DNA of 64,000 bases from Vicugna vicugna. Lineage: Eukaryota. Numbering within the stretch: position 1 is the stretch's first letter; the number at the start of each line of letters is the position of its first letter. Under the pieces are notes generated by a model that saw nothing but the letters and a program-made list of their open reading frames with translations, was not told the DNA's origin and made no database searches. This document shows positions 63,400 through 64,000 of this stretch, piece by piece. A program made the position numbers and the translations under genes. The stretch spans positions 2,046,001 to 2,110,000 of the forward strand of contig MU058221.1 in assembly GCA_013265495.1 (NCBI GenBank), in the 5' to 3' direction.

Positions 63400-63580
63400 T
63401 GAGACTTCAGTTCCAGCTCTGCCGTCGTCATGCCGCATGCGCCGTGTGGCGTGGGGGCAGGTTACTCATCCTCTCTGCTCCAGGGTTTGCATCGGGCACG
63501 TGGAGCTCATCATACACACTCTTCCAGGACTGTTGTCGTGAGTGCATGACAGGATGCGTCTAAGGTGCTTAGCACCAGAC
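63400..63580 (+). mobile_element. MIR SINE, GC-shifted
   Basis: ttccagctctgcc...gggcaggttactcatcctctctgctccagggtttgcatc...ggactgttgtcgtgag...aggtgcttagcac. Confidence 0.65.
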
Positions 63581-63696
63581 GGAGCAGCTGTGGGCTCTGA
63601 AAGCCTGGTGGCCAGGGCCTTCACTGTAACATCAGTGTTCCGCTTCTTGCTGCAACTGCACGACAGAGTGGGCTCTTAGGTTTAGCGCAGACCAGT

Positions 63697-64000
63697 GTTT
63701 TTGTTTGTTTGTTTTGTCTTTTTTTTATTGAAGTGCAGTTGATTTTCAGTGTCAGTTTCAGGTGTACAGCCGAGTGATTCCCTTACACATATACATACAT
63801 ATGTTTTTTCTTTTCAGATTCTTTCCCATTATATGTTATTACAAGAAATTGGATGTGGTTCCCTGTGCTCTGTAGTAGGTCCTTGCTGTTTATCTATTTT
63901 ATATGTAGTAACGAGTGTCTGTTAATCCTCAACCGCTACTTGATCCCTCCCCAGCCTCTCCCCTTTGGTAACCATTGTTTGTTTTCTACGTCTGTGAGTC
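63697..64000 (-). mobile_element. Artiodactyl L1 3' end (runs off the window)
   Basis: tttttattgaagtgcagttgatt...ttcagattctttcccattatatgttattacaaga...ccctttggtaaccattg. Confidence 0.88.

Larger units (their letters stand above)
53267..64000 (+). other. CTNNA2: CTNNA2 intron downstream of the exon (partial)
   Basis: Begins with GT. The next exon (ETMRIASSEFADD...) was not seen; the segment is filled with L1/L2/MIR fragments. Confidence 0.85.

Noticed and set aside
1..64000. Nested LRRTM1 or another antisense nested gene
   Set aside because: LRRTM1 lies in a more 3' CTNNA2 intron. No LRR-coding ORF or other long ORF is present on the minus strand.

Overview
Mammalian genomic DNA, most likely a camelid (camel, alpaca or llama), judged from three tRNA-derived Vic-1-type SINEs and several copies of one young L1 3'UTR family. 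The window is almost entirely intronic sequence of CTNNA2 (alpha-N-catenin, + strand). It holds one coding exon, 53071-53266 (196 nt, about codons 35-100, equivalent to human exon 3). The rest is L1/L2/MIR/SINE fragments, an ERV1-type solo LTR, MaLR remnants, Tigger and hAT-Charlie fossils, microsatellites and several CpG-rich patches. I found no prokaryotic-type system, RNA gene or intact transposon, and no credible novel multi-gene system. The most notable signal is inside the exon. Two residues differ from the alpha-N-catenin sequence as I recall it (E76K, E81V), and the E81V codon creates a perfect AAG|GTGAGT donor 58 nt upstream of the weaker native donor (AAG|GTGGGC). A second, in-frame internal donor and a G-quadruplex/G-run cluster just downstream of the exon accompany it. 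Old repeats show patchy AT-to-GC/CpG enrichment, suggesting GC-biased gene conversion. Repeat family names and reference comparisons are from memory, and repeat boundaries are approximate.
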